Shown here piece by piece: positions 39,975 through 53,574 of a stretch of 64,000 nt of DNA. Numbering within the stretch: the stretch's first letter is position 1; the number at the start of each line of letters is the position of its first letter. The position numbers and the translations under genes were made by a program. The notes beneath the pieces were generated by a model. The model searched no databases, was not told the DNA's origin, and saw only the letters and a program-made list of their open reading frames with translations. The stretch is from Octopus bimaculoides (lineage: Eukaryota), in NCBI RefSeq assembly GCF_001194135.2, contig NC_068981.1:76746160-76810159 (forward strand), written 5' to 3'.

Positions 39975-40463
39975 GTTTATGGTAAATAAAGAAACGACAT
40001 AACGTATACCGAATGTAAAATCGAACGGGTGCTGCTGTCACGTGAACCGTGGCCAGTTCCTCTTTTCTTTTCTTCCTTATTCCTTTCCCGTAGCTCACCA
40101 GTCACAAATTCTCTGTTTCTCCATCTCCATCCTTCAAGATATTGTCTATGCGTTACCCACTACTCTCGTCTCCTTGACCTCAAGGCCGTATTTTGTTCGA
40201 CTGTTATTCCTTGTCCGCCGCCCTAAATTACAGTCTGTGTTGTTTTGTTTGTTTTGTTTTGTTTGCTCTCGTCCCTAATTCTCTGCAAGAAAACTATTTT
40301 TGCGGGCAACGCCAATTGCGAAGTGCTCAGTCTTATCGTTAAAGACGCGAAACTGAATATTGCCAATTGGTCGATAACTGATGAAGAATTACGGACCCTC
40401 TGTTTCTCTCCCGTTCGTTTTTACGTTCAGTATACGTTATGTCGTTTGTCTATTTACCATATA
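39975..40463. mobile_element. MITE-like segment with ~55 bp terminal inverted repeats
   Basis: atggtaaataaagaaacgacataacgtataccgaatgtaaaatcgaacggg is inverted relative to cccgttcgttttacgttcagtatacgttatgtcgtttgtctatttaccat. Confidence 0.7.
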
Positions 40464-40513
40464 TTTTTTTTTCATTTACTAACGCAACACACACCGAATT
40501 TGTATTATATTAC

Positions 40514-40577
<64 letters not shown>

Positions 40578-40609
40578 ACACACACATACACACATATATT
40601 GCAATGAAC

Positions 40610-40915
40610 CAGAAACCAAAGTGAAACAGTTGTCATACAAGGGTCACTCCTCAGACTAAACATAAAACGCGTATCTAGAGACAAAGAGAAAATACACCTT
40701 CAAAAGAGAACAAATATAAAAAGAATACTTGAATTCTGCAGGTTTAATGTAAAAGTTATCCCAGAGGGTCTTATAAACACTGGAACAAGAACAGTTGAAA
40801 ACATAATTAGAGGTGTAACCAAGACATCATTTCCACTACAGCAAATAATAAGAAAAGGGAGACAACCGGAGAAATACTGTAAAGCATGTTTTAAATACCT
40901 TATCCAAGTAGGATA
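40610..40915 (+). mobile_element. Possible L1/Tx1-type ORF1 fragment
   Basis: Stop-free frame of ~100 codons with no ATG: ...ILEFCRFNVKVIPEGLINTGTRTVENII...RKGRQPEKYCKAC. It resembles the TGTR...GQPxxCxxC zinc-knuckle entry. Confidence 0.35.
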
Positions 40916-41253
40916 GTGTCTGTTCAAATATAATCTGTAAACTATATTAAAAAAAACATGCCGCTAGAAAAATGCACGACGCCGACAAATTCCTATGACA
41001 ATGTACGAACAAATATGCAGGTTTGTACTTTCTTATAATCAGGCATTTACGCACGAGCACGGTTTATGTTGGTGCATAAAGCAATACACGAATACAAAAT
41101 AGATTTGCACAGAAACGATATACACTCACCAGAGTATACTAATCAACATTCATTGCATATCAGAAATACACTTAATCACAAATGCAAAACTGTTGCTTAT
41201 ATACATGCATATATACTTTTATGTATATGTCTTTATATGTGTGTATGAAGATA

Positions 41254-41296
<43 letters not shown>

Positions 41297-41335
41297 ATAT
41301 ATATATATATATATGTATGCACACACACACATATG

Positions 41336-41379
<44 letters not shown>

Positions 41380-41462
41380 TATGTACAATATATACATACA
41401 TATGTATATATATCATCTATTATATATTGTATGAATAGTAGCGAGATAGATAATTAGCTAAC

Positions 41463-41520
<58 letters not shown>

Positions 41521-42136
41521 TATAGATAGATAGGAGCACGTATTTTAAAGACGATTTGGAAATATATATTTTTGTTGAAATACTGCCTCTTAATTTTCAC
41601 CTAAAAAAAAGCTTCTACGAATTGTGGACAATATGATGTATATAAAAGTTACAAAACGTCTAAAACAATATTACTTCTTACATGATCACGACTTACTAAT
41701 GACATGCTTGTGCACAAAATTCATGTTGTCACTGACAACAATTTGTTACATGTTGAACAGTGTATTTATTAAATGAAAAATATGTAAATGAAACATTATA
41801 TAAAAGTTGTAACATTGAAGATATTGTAATATAATATAGATTATGAATGATTATTAAGTACCCAATATTGAAATATAAAATTTTCCTTCGATAAACATGT
41901 CTACTAAAAAGCCTACAATAGATTCTGTGTAATGATCATTTACATTTAAAACATGCTGCGAAATTTAAAGTATATGTGTGGAAATCGACATATTTCAATA
42001 AAAGTTGCTATATAAATCACAAAGAAACATTAAAATATATTAAATAGATTAATCAAATGCACACACAGAGAAACACACTCAAGTATGTATATGTATATAT
42101 ATACATACGCATATATATATATATATGTCTCTGTAT

Positions 42137-42265
42137 TCTTTCTGTTGAAGAGCGTAGCTCGAAACGTCAAAGACTTTCCGTATTCCCGAGCGTCATACTA
42201 ATATATACTTTTGTTATTTACACCACCTGTCCTCGTCTGTTGTTATTATTTGTATATTCTCCCAT
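42137..42265 (+). mobile_element. Repeat with a hammerhead-like head; its tail is shared with 8918-8975
   Basis: tcttt-CTGTTGA-A-gagc gta gctc-GAAA-cgt-C-aaaga. The downstream ~55 bp cttttgttatttacaccacctgtcctcgtctgttgttattatttgtatattctc is identical at 8.9 kb. Confidence 0.6.
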
Positions 42266-42276
42266 ATATATATGTA

Positions 42277-42324
<48 letters not shown>

Positions 42325-42739
42325 TAATTATCTGCATAATTATAACAAAGGATTGGCTATAAGCCTCACGACACGCTAGAAATAGGCGCCAAAGACGCTA
42401 ATACCACCTCAAAAGCTCAAAAGATAAACCACGGGTTGTCGTCGAGCAAAAGAAAGATAATGAATTTTGGTTAAACATTTACAAGATACCGTTTCAAGTT
42501 TAAGGTAAAAAAAAATACTACCTACTGCTACCTTAAGCAACGGTACTCCGTAGCATAAATTCACGAGTTTCTACACGTACATGTACGAGCAGCGACTTCG
42601 TACAGCAATATATATACACACTCGTAAGAATACGCAGTAAAGTAGAATTCCCATCTTTCGTTTCAGCCACGTGCAATATATCAAAATAACTCTGCAGTGA
42701 ATGCAGCTTTGATCAAGGAGTAAATATTTCAAATAATAA

Positions 42740-42979
42740 TTATAATAACAGGTAAAAATCATTAATGATTTTACCAAAGGGTCAGCACGGATATAAAAAC
42801 CTCATAGGTGAATTTTACAAATAGCATAATAATTATATACGCATGGAGAGGCTTATAGCTAATCCCTTGTTATAATTATGTATATAATTAGTATAACATT
42901 TGTAAAATTCACCAATATGGTTTTATTTCCGCGCTGACCCCTAAATAAAATCATTAATGATTTTTGCCTTTTATTATAA
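42740..42979. mobile_element. Fold-back (MITE-like) element, ~100 bp arms
   Basis: aaaatcattaatgatttt..gggtcagcacgga..ggtgaattttacaaat is inverted relative to atttgtaaaattcacc..tccgcgctgaccc..aaaatcattaatgatttt. Confidence 0.8.
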
Positions 42980-42988
42980 TTTTTATAA

Positions 42989-43089
42989 AGTTTTACGTGA
43001 CTGTTGGTCAGACAGTTATGATAATACAATATATAAAATTTCCTTTGTCTGTATTATCATAATTGTCTGACAAACAGTCACGTAAAACT
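42989..43089. repeat. Hairpin element, ~40 bp arms
   Basis: agttttacgtgactgttggtcagacagttatgataataca / tgtattatcataattgtctgacaaacagtcacgtaaaact. Confidence 0.9.
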
Positions 43090-44813
43090 CTTAAAGGTCT
43101 TACAGCTTTAAAAAAATGAGACAGTATATATACAGTTGATTACCTTTGCATGTCTAAGATTTATTTTTTGGGGATGCTAAGAGATTCGGCTCATAATCAT
43201 CTACTTATTCAGTGTCTGTTCTATATACTTATATTTAGAATATTCCTCCTAAACATAATTAGCCATTTCATCAAATCAAAATTGAATTATATCCTCCTAG
43301 TTTTACATATTTATTAGCAAAAATCATCCTCCTGACCAATTTTTTACGAACACACGTTTTTGATGTTTTTCCTTAGACACTATTGATCACAATTTACTTT
43401 AAATATTCAGAAATAAAACAAAATGTCCTACTAATTTAATAATACTAATATCTAAGATTCACAAATAACTTCTGGTAAATATTGACAGCCGTTATGCATG
43501 CATATTAATATAACACCATCCTGTATAAAACAGTATTTTAAAATGTGAACATTTTATGTGCAAGGACATTTGGCATGAATATTAAGAGCCATTGTTTCAT
43601 AAAATATATAAATTTCTGGATTAATTTTAATGCATAATTTTATAAGTAAATACTTATACTTACATTTTGCCTAATGAAATTTTGTAATGGATATATTTCT
43701 GAAATCTTAGATGGTACGGATGTCTCATCTTACATCTGTCTTAACACGTCTAAGATTTTATATTCCCGTATACCAAGTGCTACATGACTTAAATGTACTA
43801 GCTCAATTTGAATAATTTTCATTAACCATAATTAATAAGCCATTTTGAAAATTAGTCTAACTCATCCTCTCCTCCCTCCACCAAATCTCTTCGCTTTCAC
43901 AAATGAATAGAATGTCGTTCTCTACAGACAACTATTACGTATTCGCTTTTGCTTCTCTTTCAAATTACACCAGCTGCTATTGATTCTAATTTACTTAACA
44001 TATTCTCAACCAAAAACAAGAATACTTTTCCATTTACAAATATATTCTGTATAATTTTTTACCACCTTTTCATTATTATCCATATTTACGTTTTGTTAAT
44101 AAAATTACAAGCAATCGGCAGCATTGTAAAACTTACCACATTCTAGTTAATTTATGTTATCTGCTTTATATGAATCATTGTGAGTCTATGTATATATATA
44201 TATATNNNNNNNNNNNNNNNNNNNNNNNNNNNNNNNNNNNNNNNNNNNNNNNNNNNNNNNNNNNNNNNNNNNNNNNNNNNNNNNNNNNNNNNNNNNNNNN
44301 NNNNNNNNNNNNNNNNNNNNNNNNNNNNNNNNNNNNNNNNNNNNNNNNNNNNNNNNNNNNNNNNNNNNNNNNNNNNNNNNNNNNNNNNNNNNNNNNNNNN
44401 NNNNNNNNNNNNNNNNNNNNNNNNNNNNNNNNNNNNNNNNNNNNNNNNNNNNNNNNNNNNNNNNNNNNNNNNNNNNNNNNNNNNNNNNNNNNNNNNNNNN
44501 NNNNNNNNNNNNNNNNNNNNNNNNNNNNNNNNNNNNNNNNNNNNNNNNNNNNNNNNNNNNNNNNNNNNNNNNNNNNNNNNNNNNNNNNNNNNNNNNNNNN
44601 NNNNNNNNNNNNNNNNNNNNNNNNNNNNNNNNNNNNNNNNNNNNNNNNNNNNNNNNNNNNNNNNNNNNNNNNNNNNNNNNNNNNNNNNNNNNNNTTTATT
44701 TATATATATACATATGAATATATATATATATATACGTATATACATATATCATATACATACACATATACGCACACACACACACACATACACACACACACAT
44801 ATATATATATATG

Positions 44814-44852
<39 letters not shown>

Positions 44853-46175
44853 GAACACATGGTATTTCCATTTACGAATATATGTATAAATCTAACATCT
44901 TGTTTTTACCTTGATCATCACAATCTTAGTCCTTTTAACAGATCTGATAAACGCAATAATAAGTTTATCTTCTTTATTTCCGGTTTGTTTTTAATGTTAT
45001 CTGTGTATATTATCCTTTATGACGTCTATTACATCATTGTATAATATAATCGCTTCCAATGATAACGTCTTACTACAGCAATCAAGAAGTGATGCTATTT
45101 AGAAATTGCTATGGCGAGTTCACAAATTATATCATAAATGCTATGTTTAAACTCATAACATCTTTCTTAAGATACTCTCAAATATATCCCTCGAGCTAAA
45201 ATTCGTTCTTGGTCTCAAATCATCCACAATCACCCTCAATTATCAGGATTTTATATCATTAAGCATTAATTAATTACACTCTGCAAAATAAACTCGAGCT
45301 AGGGGAATCTTAATCGCATCAGCCAACATGCTTAGTGTTATTTCTCCCGCCCTTTTACGTTCAGAGCTCAAATTCCACTCATATCAACCTTAACCTCCAT
45401 CTGGATGTTCGATAAAATATTGCACCAGTCATTAACAGCGTTCAACATCATCGTCTAACACCCTCTCCTCCAAATCTGCTGGCTTTGTGCTAAAATTTAA
45501 AGCAGTTTTTATATAAACCATAGAAGAAATAATTTGAATATTAATTAAGCTACGTATTGTGTATATATGTTATTTGATTTTGATTTAGAATTTTATGGAA
45601 TTTTAAATGAAATTAAAATTGTTTACGCTTTGTTGTGCATAAGAAGGATATTGTTATGCTGTTTAGAGAATGACAGACAGTCACAAATATTCGATTCACG
45701 CTATGCCCCGCGATTCTAGTGTAATTTTTGACTATTTAACAAATGATTCCTTCTACTTATCGAGGGAAGAAATAATTTGCTAATTCTCTGAGAAACCGAA
45801 AACAACCTGTGTAAAGCTACATCATGTGATTCCTTCTCACTTTTCCCCAGAAATGAACAGCACAGACAGAACGTGTTTATATTCTCATTTTATCGACAGT
45901 GAGTCTTGTATTGTTTAAATATATTTCTGTTCCGCTGATTCAAGCTGTATATTATTTAAGTCATTTGGGACACAAATATACAAATGAGGCTATTTATTTC
46001 AGCATCAGCCCAGTTTTTGACAGCATTAAATGGTAGTGAATCTTTGCTACTGACAGGGGACAAAACCAGCTGCATCTTCTCTGAGAAGAGCTCAACGAAC
46101 CATTAGTGACATGAAAAGAAAGTGTTTGTACACTTATTTATACAACAGTTAGGCTTCGTAATATTTAATGAGACG

Positions 46176-46221
<46 letters not shown>

Positions 46222-46369
46222 TACATACACGCACATCTATCCACGCGCACACACACATCTATATATGGTATCACAAAAGAAAAACACAGTAATCACTTCT
46301 AAAACTTTAATATACTTAGCACTATACTATGTCCCTACCGGTATTATATATATATATAAATCCCAAAAA

Positions 46370-46610
46370 CTGAGCAGAACGTAACGGACGACTATAAAAA
46401 CATACGGACAGATGGACGATGTAAAGACGGACAGGAAAACCAGGATGGAACATTCGTAGCTTTCTATTTATCAGACAAGATTCCAACCATCACTACACTT
46501 TCGGCCTGTTACACTTGAGACTGTTCAAAATTGGTAGGTCCCAAAAATCTAAGCTAAGGGCATTAAATGTTTGGAATAAAGCGAACGAAAATGTGCGACA
46601 ACACGGACAA
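46370..46610 (-). repeat. Dispersed repeat shared with 1960-2215
   Basis: See 1960-2215. A decayed hammerhead-like motif CTGATAA-atag aaag ctac-GAAT lies on the minus strand at 46447-46474. Confidence 0.55.
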
Positions 46611-47403
46611 AGGAAAAAAAGAAAAAATGAGAAAATGGAGAAAATGTTACATGATTACAAATACAAACAGCAAGGATAACAACAGGTGTCTTTTGACTAA
46701 AAGGACGAGTTAAGTTAAACTGGCGGTTGAAGTGGAAGCCTTGCGGCAACAAACATAGATGCAAGTCAGAGGAGACAGGAATATAAGGTGTTGTGCGAGC
46801 GACGGTCAGGCCAAGAAAGGGAGATCATACTTGGCCGAGCACTGATCACGTTGGAAGAACGGAGAGAAGTCGGGAGCAGAGGGACTGAAGAAATAGGGAA
46901 GGAACTAGAGAGAGTGAGAGAGAGGGAGAGAGAGAGAGAGAGAGAGAGAAAGAGGGAGAGAGAGAGAGAGAGAGAGGAATGGACACAGGGAAAGATACAA
47001 GGGAGATAACAGAGGAAAGTAGAGTGATTAAAGAAAGACAATGCCAAGAAATGTGAGAGAGGCGGAGAGAGAAAAAGAAAAGTACGAAGAAAGAAGAAAG
47101 TCGTACACAATTTAGATATGTACTTACTTACAAGCTCAGCAAAAGATGTACATACGCCGATCTATATATATAAATCCCCCGAAACTAAACGGAACAAGAA
47201 CGTATGTATGTATATATGTGTGAGAAAGTTGGTATGTGAAAGCACGTCGTTGGATGTATAATAGATAAACAAGAGTGAAAAAACTACAGAAGGCTTGTGT
47301 TACATGGTTAAAGTATATATTTAAATTATGTCAGGAAAATGTTATCAAATTTTTTGGTATCTAAACATTGTATTTGGAGAAATAACCGGTTTCGTAATGT
47401 ATT

Positions 47404-48006
47404 GTAAAGTTTATTTGCCAACAGAACGTGGTGGTCTTATAAAGGACGATGTTACCGTTGTTTAAGCCCCAGGAAAACATCTTTTCCACCTGCTCTCGAA
47501 ACACGGTCTGTGTCCGTATAGTGTTTGCAGGAGAGCTCATCGTTCCCATATCCATTCTTACGTAATAATCACAGAGCATGGTTTCTGGATGGTTACCCGA
47601 TCACAGTGTCTGTTGATGAAAGCTTTCTCCACTTGAAAATACTATATATTCTTTAAGCGACACCCAGTCGCTGATCTTGTATAGAGAAAACGACTTGTTT
47701 TAAATCGCTCAGCGAGAGATATGCAGTAACAGTTCTGAATAGTAAAGTTTATTTGCCAACAGAACTTGGCGGTCCCATAAAGGACGATGTTACTGTTGTT
47801 TAAGCCTCAGGAAAACATCTTGTCCAGCTGGCTATCGACACATAGTCTGTGTCCGTATAATGTTTGCAAAGGAGGACATCGCTCCCGTCTCTAGCCTTAT
47901 CTGATACTCACAGACTATGATTTGTGGGTGGTTACCCGTCCTCAGTGTCCTACAATCACTGGCTGCTGATGAAAGCTTTATCCTGATGTGAAACTGTATG
48001 TTTAAA
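47404..48006. repeat. Two diverged direct repeats of ~255 bp, 338 bp apart
   Basis: gtaaagtttatttgccaacagaac...aaaggacgatgttac...ggaaaacatc...tctgtgtccgtata...ggttaccc...tgatgaaagcttt occurs at 47404 and 47742. Confidence 0.9.
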
Positions 48007-48289
48007 CAGGTATTGTTTTATTTTCGGGATGATCATGTGTAAGTATTTGTATGTGTGTTTGTGCATGTCTGTGTGCGCGCGTATGCATGTCTATGTGCCT
48101 TGCATGTGTGTTTACATTTGTGTATATATGTGTGCATATGGGATTGCCCATATATACACATATATAAGCACACATGCGAAACACATCCACACGCACACGC
48201 GCACGTGTGCCCCCCCACACACACACGCAGTTACACACATGTATACACACAACCATAGTTACAAACACAGTCGCATGTGCAGAGAAGGA

Positions 48290-48440
48290 AATATATCATA
48301 GGACAGGATGGATTAAGTGGAGCAGGAATACACACGTGGACGAAAAGTGTCAGCGAAGAGGTCATAGCTGTGTGACGAACGATTTTCGGACAATGGTCAT
48401 AAGATACACTAAAAACAATAATAAACAAGTGAAGAAGAAA
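48290..48440 (+). repeat. Paralog of 21293-21440 with a mutated hammerhead core
   Basis: ggattaagtggagca...cacacg.ggac...tgtca-gcgaaga-g-gtcata gctg tgtgac-gaac-gattt..ggacaatg. Confidence 0.7.
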
Positions 48441-49034
48441 TATATAGTGCTTGTGTTTATTTGGCAAAAAAGAAAAAAAATAATAATGACCACACTGAAA
48501 TATAGGAATATTTTATAATACACAATTTTGACTTTTGCAGCCAAAAGTGTTTTACTTTATCTTTCTTTTTCGTAATGTATAAGAAGTCATATTTAACCGA
48601 TCTAGATCCGGTTTCTTTGATTTGAGCTTTCATCAAAATTTTATTTAGTAGTTAAATAGCTATGTCGCGTATGACATTTCCAGAACAGGGGACGTAACTT
48701 CAGTTTCTGATTTTTTGTTATTTGTCGATTGTGGTCTAAAGTAATTGATTTCTGTTTTTATAAGAAACGTGTTAACTATTATTAGAGAGTGTCACTCCTG
48801 TTACTTTTATAGTAGAGTTATTGTATCTGATATTTGTGCTGGTGTCTCTGTTCTGGTTACAATCGGTCTGAATCCAGTGCAATGAATAAGTGGACCAGTG
48901 ATGTATTTCTAATTCTGTTTTGGTCACATGCTTATTCAAAGGGTTATTCTCACAGATACAGATTTACACGCACACACGCACCCCCCCCCCACACACACAC
49001 ATACATACATACGTAGAAACAAACAGAAACACGG

Positions 49035-49076
<42 letters not shown>

Positions 49077-49599
49077 CATACATTCACACACATGCATGCA
49101 TTTATATATGTACACACCTACCATCACAAGTGCACACACACAAAGACATGTATACACTCATAGAGATACACACACATATATATATACACAGACATCAACA
49201 GACGTACATGCATACATACATACAAATACATATTGTAAAATATGTACACATACATATACATATAAAAATATTCCTTGAATATTTATTGTACAACTCTTAC
49301 CCTATTTTTTTCCATCTCTACTCTTAATTTCTCATTCTGTCCTTGCTTGCTTCCCAAAAGTTTAATAACAGATCTAGCCCCTCCAAAATTGAGTGCTTTC
49401 AGTGGTAATTGGCGCGAAACCAGCATAATATTTTGGTTTATTGACTGACAAGGAAAAATCAGCTGCGAATATTCCGTCTATTGTGTCTTTGCCGAAATTT
49501 CCCGTCTGTAAGTTTTTATCTAGTTTTCTATTTGCTTTGCTTTCGTCTAACTGTTCCTCTTTGTTGTCTTCTTTCTGTTGAACCCCTTATATATATATA

Positions 49600-49662
49600 T
49601 TCCTTTATTCTTTTACTTCTTTCAGTCACTTTACTGCAGCCATGCTGGAGCACCGCCTTGAA
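49600..49662 (-). mobile_element. SINE family A, tail fragment
   Basis: ttttacttctttcagtcactttactgcagccatgctggagcaccgcct. Confidence 0.75.
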
Positions 49663-49665
49663 GTG

Positions 49666-49730
<65 letters not shown>

Positions 49731-49887
49731 CTGTGTGTATGTGTGTATGCTTATATACAGACGTATATACATATGTACACATACATATGCACATCTGCTT
49801 ATGTATTTACATTTATATGCACACATGTATATACACATATATATACACCCATATATATAATGTAGATACATATACATATATATATAC

Positions 49888-49934
<47 letters not shown>

Positions 49935-50149
49935 NNNNNNNNNNNNNNNNNNNNNNNNNNNNNNNNNNNNNNNNNNNNNNNNNNNNNNNNNNNNNGCGCA
50001 ATATGTTACAAAAACAAAATAAAAACTACACGTAGAAATGTAGGGGGAAAGTAAGAAGAAAAATAAGCGAAAATTCACATTGGAAATCAAAAATAGTAAC
50101 GGCTTTTTATGAAAAGTAACGATAGATATATACAATTAGATGAACTGAG

Positions 50150-51565
50150 GTAGGAATAAAGGTAATAAAAGTCATTATTGTGAGTTGTTAAAGAGATTCA
50201 AAAGCATACCGGTTTCGTAATGATTCTAATCATTGCTTTGAATGCACACCGATTACTGAACGGTGTCAGGTCTACTAGTCCCTGAGTAAAAAGATTATGT
50301 GTAAGGGAGGTAAGTAGTTCTGGATTTGGTGCAAATAGGGTAGATATAGATGTGTAATGTGAATGGTGTATGGGATGTATGGGGATTAGTGGTATGAATT
50401 GAAAGGTTAGTAGTGTTCTGTATTATGTTATGTATTCATATTTAGTTGTGGAAGATATTTATTGATGAACGTTGCCTCTTTATTCATTCTTTGTTGTATT
50501 GAGGTGTTCTGTGAACATTGATAGAAGGGACAAATTAGGAAATTAGGATTAAGATTCCTCGCACAGTTTTCTGTGTCTACTGACCTGTATCTGTCTGTAT
50601 TGTGGGTGGCGGATTTGATCTTTGTGGAGAATGGTTCTTCGACGGAGTGATATTCCTGTTTTGCCAATATAATTATTACCATACCCTAAGCATGTTATGG
50701 CATAGATTAAATTTTCCGAGGCACAGGTGAAATTTGATTTAATCTTAAATATTTCACCTTGTCTAAAGTGGAACTCTGAACACTCCAAAAGGTGGGGGCA
50801 AGTACCACAGTTAGGTCGACCACACTTTTTCACTTTTGGTTCTGTTGTTAATGGATGTAGTTTTGCGCTGGTTAATATTTTTTTTAATGATTTAGGTTGC
50901 ATTTTGCTTTTGATAATTTTGTGTGAGCCTAAAATTTTGTTCATTGTTTTATCTCTTGTGAGGATGGGTGGATTTTGGATGATAATGTTAAAGGCTTCGT
51001 TGTTTCTACGGTTATGTGTGGAGATGTATGGGAGTATTTTTAAGTCTGGTTTAGTATTTTGGTTGACTTCCCTTAATGTTAGTTTATCTATTTCCTTAGC
51101 TCGTTTAATTCCATTATTTATTAATGATATTGGGTAATATCTTTTGATTAGTATTGATTTGAGTTCAAGGAGTCTTCGTTCACGAGTATAGGTGCCCGAA
51201 ATTATGGTACAGATTCTTTTCGCTAGATTATAAGGTATATTAATTTTTATGTGTTTAGGGTGGCATGACTTAAATAATAGGTATCGTTTAGAATCTGTGG
51301 GTTTATAGAAGATGTCTGTTTCGATGTGGTTATTGACTATTTTAATTTGGATATCAGGAAAAGGGAGTTGTTTACTGTTGTGTTTCATGGTGAATTGTAT
51401 GTTGCTATTAATATTGTTAAGCATTATTTTGAAATATGTCCATGCTGTCTTTCCAAAGTATAAAGCAATCGTCCAAATACCTCTTCCAGTTCTCCTTTAA
51501 ATAGCAATGAAAAGAGGTGCCATATTTTTGTAGTGATGATTGATAAATTTTTAGCTCTAATGAAT
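50150..51565 (-). mobile_element. 5'-truncated Penelope-like retroelement (RT C-terminus, thumb, GIY-YIG endonuclease, 3' UTR); Neptune-like linker
   Basis: WKRYLDDCFILW (YLDD at 51468-51479), frameshifted into ORF 51424-50549: TDIFYKPTDSKRYLLFKSCHP, CGRPNCGTC linker, NLIYAITC...NYIGKTG, R...H. The C-terminus KEATFINKYLPQLN is in another frame and ends at 50428. Confidence 0.92.
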
Positions 51566-53404
51566 CTACGCAGACACAACTTTATAATTGAATTATACCA
51601 ATTCTTATATGGTATCCAACTGACGTACCAGTGAATTCGATGTTTAACACACCACTTTGGAAGATTTGTTTTCCTCAGTTTGTTACTTTATATATACACA
51701 CATATATACACATACATNNNNNNNNNNNNNNNNNNNNNNNNNNNNNNNNNNNNNNNNNNNNNNNNNNNNNNNNNNNNNNNNNNNNNNNNNNNNNNNNNNN
51801 NNNNNNNNNNNNNNNNNNNNNNNNNNNNNNNNNNNNNNNNNNNNNNNNNNNNNNNNNNNNNNNNNNNNNNNNNNNNNNNNNNNNNNNNNNNNNNNNNNNN
51901 NNNNNNNNNNNNNNNNNNNNNNNNNNNNNNNNNNNNNNNNNNNNNNNNNNNNNNNATATACATGTATATGCACACATGTGCACATATGTATAGACATAAT
52001 ACATACATGTATATACATATATTTACATACAAACACGCGTTTACAAGAAAGACAAACTTTCAAATATATTCTTGTAGATACGCGCACATTCTGGTATATA
52101 CTTAGACACACCTGTGTAGGTGTGCATGGACACGTTAACTTATATGAATAGATTTTAATCGTTTGAGAAATGTTCCAGTATGATCAGTGGACACCCTACG
52201 CATACGTGGGTAGTAGTTAAATAATCTCAGAAAAATGCAGCATGACACTTTATGAAGTAGTTGGACCGTTTAAATACAGATACAATGTACTCAGCACGAT
52301 GCCCAAATTTTCTCACACGGTCTGTGTCAGCATACTGCAATGATAAAAGTCATATGTTTAAGTTATCACATACCCAGAATATCATGACTGCACAGTAATG
52401 TTTTTGTTTAGTTGGTTATGCCTGTGTCTAAGCTTTCATGTACATTTATATATTTATGAATATATGCACACCTTTCTCACACCTAGTCTTGCACACATAT
52501 TTACATACAAACATATCCGCATATACACGTTTATGTGTATGTGTGCATGTGTGCACACAAGCATATACATACAAGTACGTGTGTCGATACATTTATGCAT
52601 GCCTTGGAGATTTGTAGCAAACTCAATGGCTGCAAAGAAGATCTCTTTTAGTTTAATATTCCTCTCATTAAGAGTAATACTGTCTTTGCACGCAACGGTT
52701 GTTCGTAATTCAATGTTCATATATAAGTTGTAAGCAGCGATATAGTGGATATTTGTAATTGCTATGTGATGCGTTTTGCAACCAGGTTTCTAGGATGTTG
52801 ATATATAAAGTTTGAGAAGTGTTGCGTATATTCACAAGGACTGGTGAGAAGACATGATTGTGATGTTGTCAGCGTATTTGATTTTGTGGATGCTTTGGGA
52901 GTTGTGTGGTTGAAGAGACCTATGATCTGAAAAAATTAAAATTTCTGACGCAAATAAAGGCTGTTGATAGGACGGATGAATCGTTCTAAAATATTACTGG
53001 GAATATATGATAGTGATGTCTATGCGTAATGCTACATCGAATGGATTTTTAATGCAACCTCACTAATATCAAGCAAAGGTTTTTTTTCTGCTTGCATTTC
53101 AATACCAATTATTATTTTTTTTAAGAATCTCCAAGCTGACTGATAGTTCTACTATTTTCCTCAGTTTATCTCTTCTATCAGCTAGTCGTATCGACAACTA
53201 TTAATGTGCTTCAGTGTCCCTAACGAAATAAGATCATACGACAAAATCTGTCTATAAGAGATTTAAAAAAATACATACATAATCTCCAGTCATCTGATGA
53301 CTGCTCAACAAGAAACTAAATACGAAACAAGTAAGCAGTAAAACAAAAATAAAAAAAAGAAAGCTATATCAAGTTTTATGTTGTCAATTCTGTAGATAAC
53401 ATTG

Positions 53405-53560
53405 ATTTCTAAATTTGTCGGGAAGGATTAAAGTCAACTCCATTACTTGATTGGTACTTATTTTATCGGCCACAGGGAGAGGAAATTCTAAGTCATATCC
53501 CCGAGGGATTTGATTGCAGACGTAAATGAAAGTAATTAAAGAGTACTATAATTTGCAACA
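53405..53560 (-). mobile_element. Old SINE family C copy
   Basis: attggtacttattttatcggcc is the reverse complement of the family C core. Confidence 0.5.
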
Positions 53561-53574
53561 TTTGTGTGGTGGTT

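Noticed and set aside
47160-47200. A|TCTATATATATAAA, a Helitron-like 5' end (similar string at 46345)
   Set aside because: No matching hairpin-CTRR end was found. It is more likely the TA-rich tail of a minus-strand repeat.
53290-53345. CTGATGA...GAAACAAGTA hammerhead-like string
   Set aside because: No credible stem I or stem II pairing.
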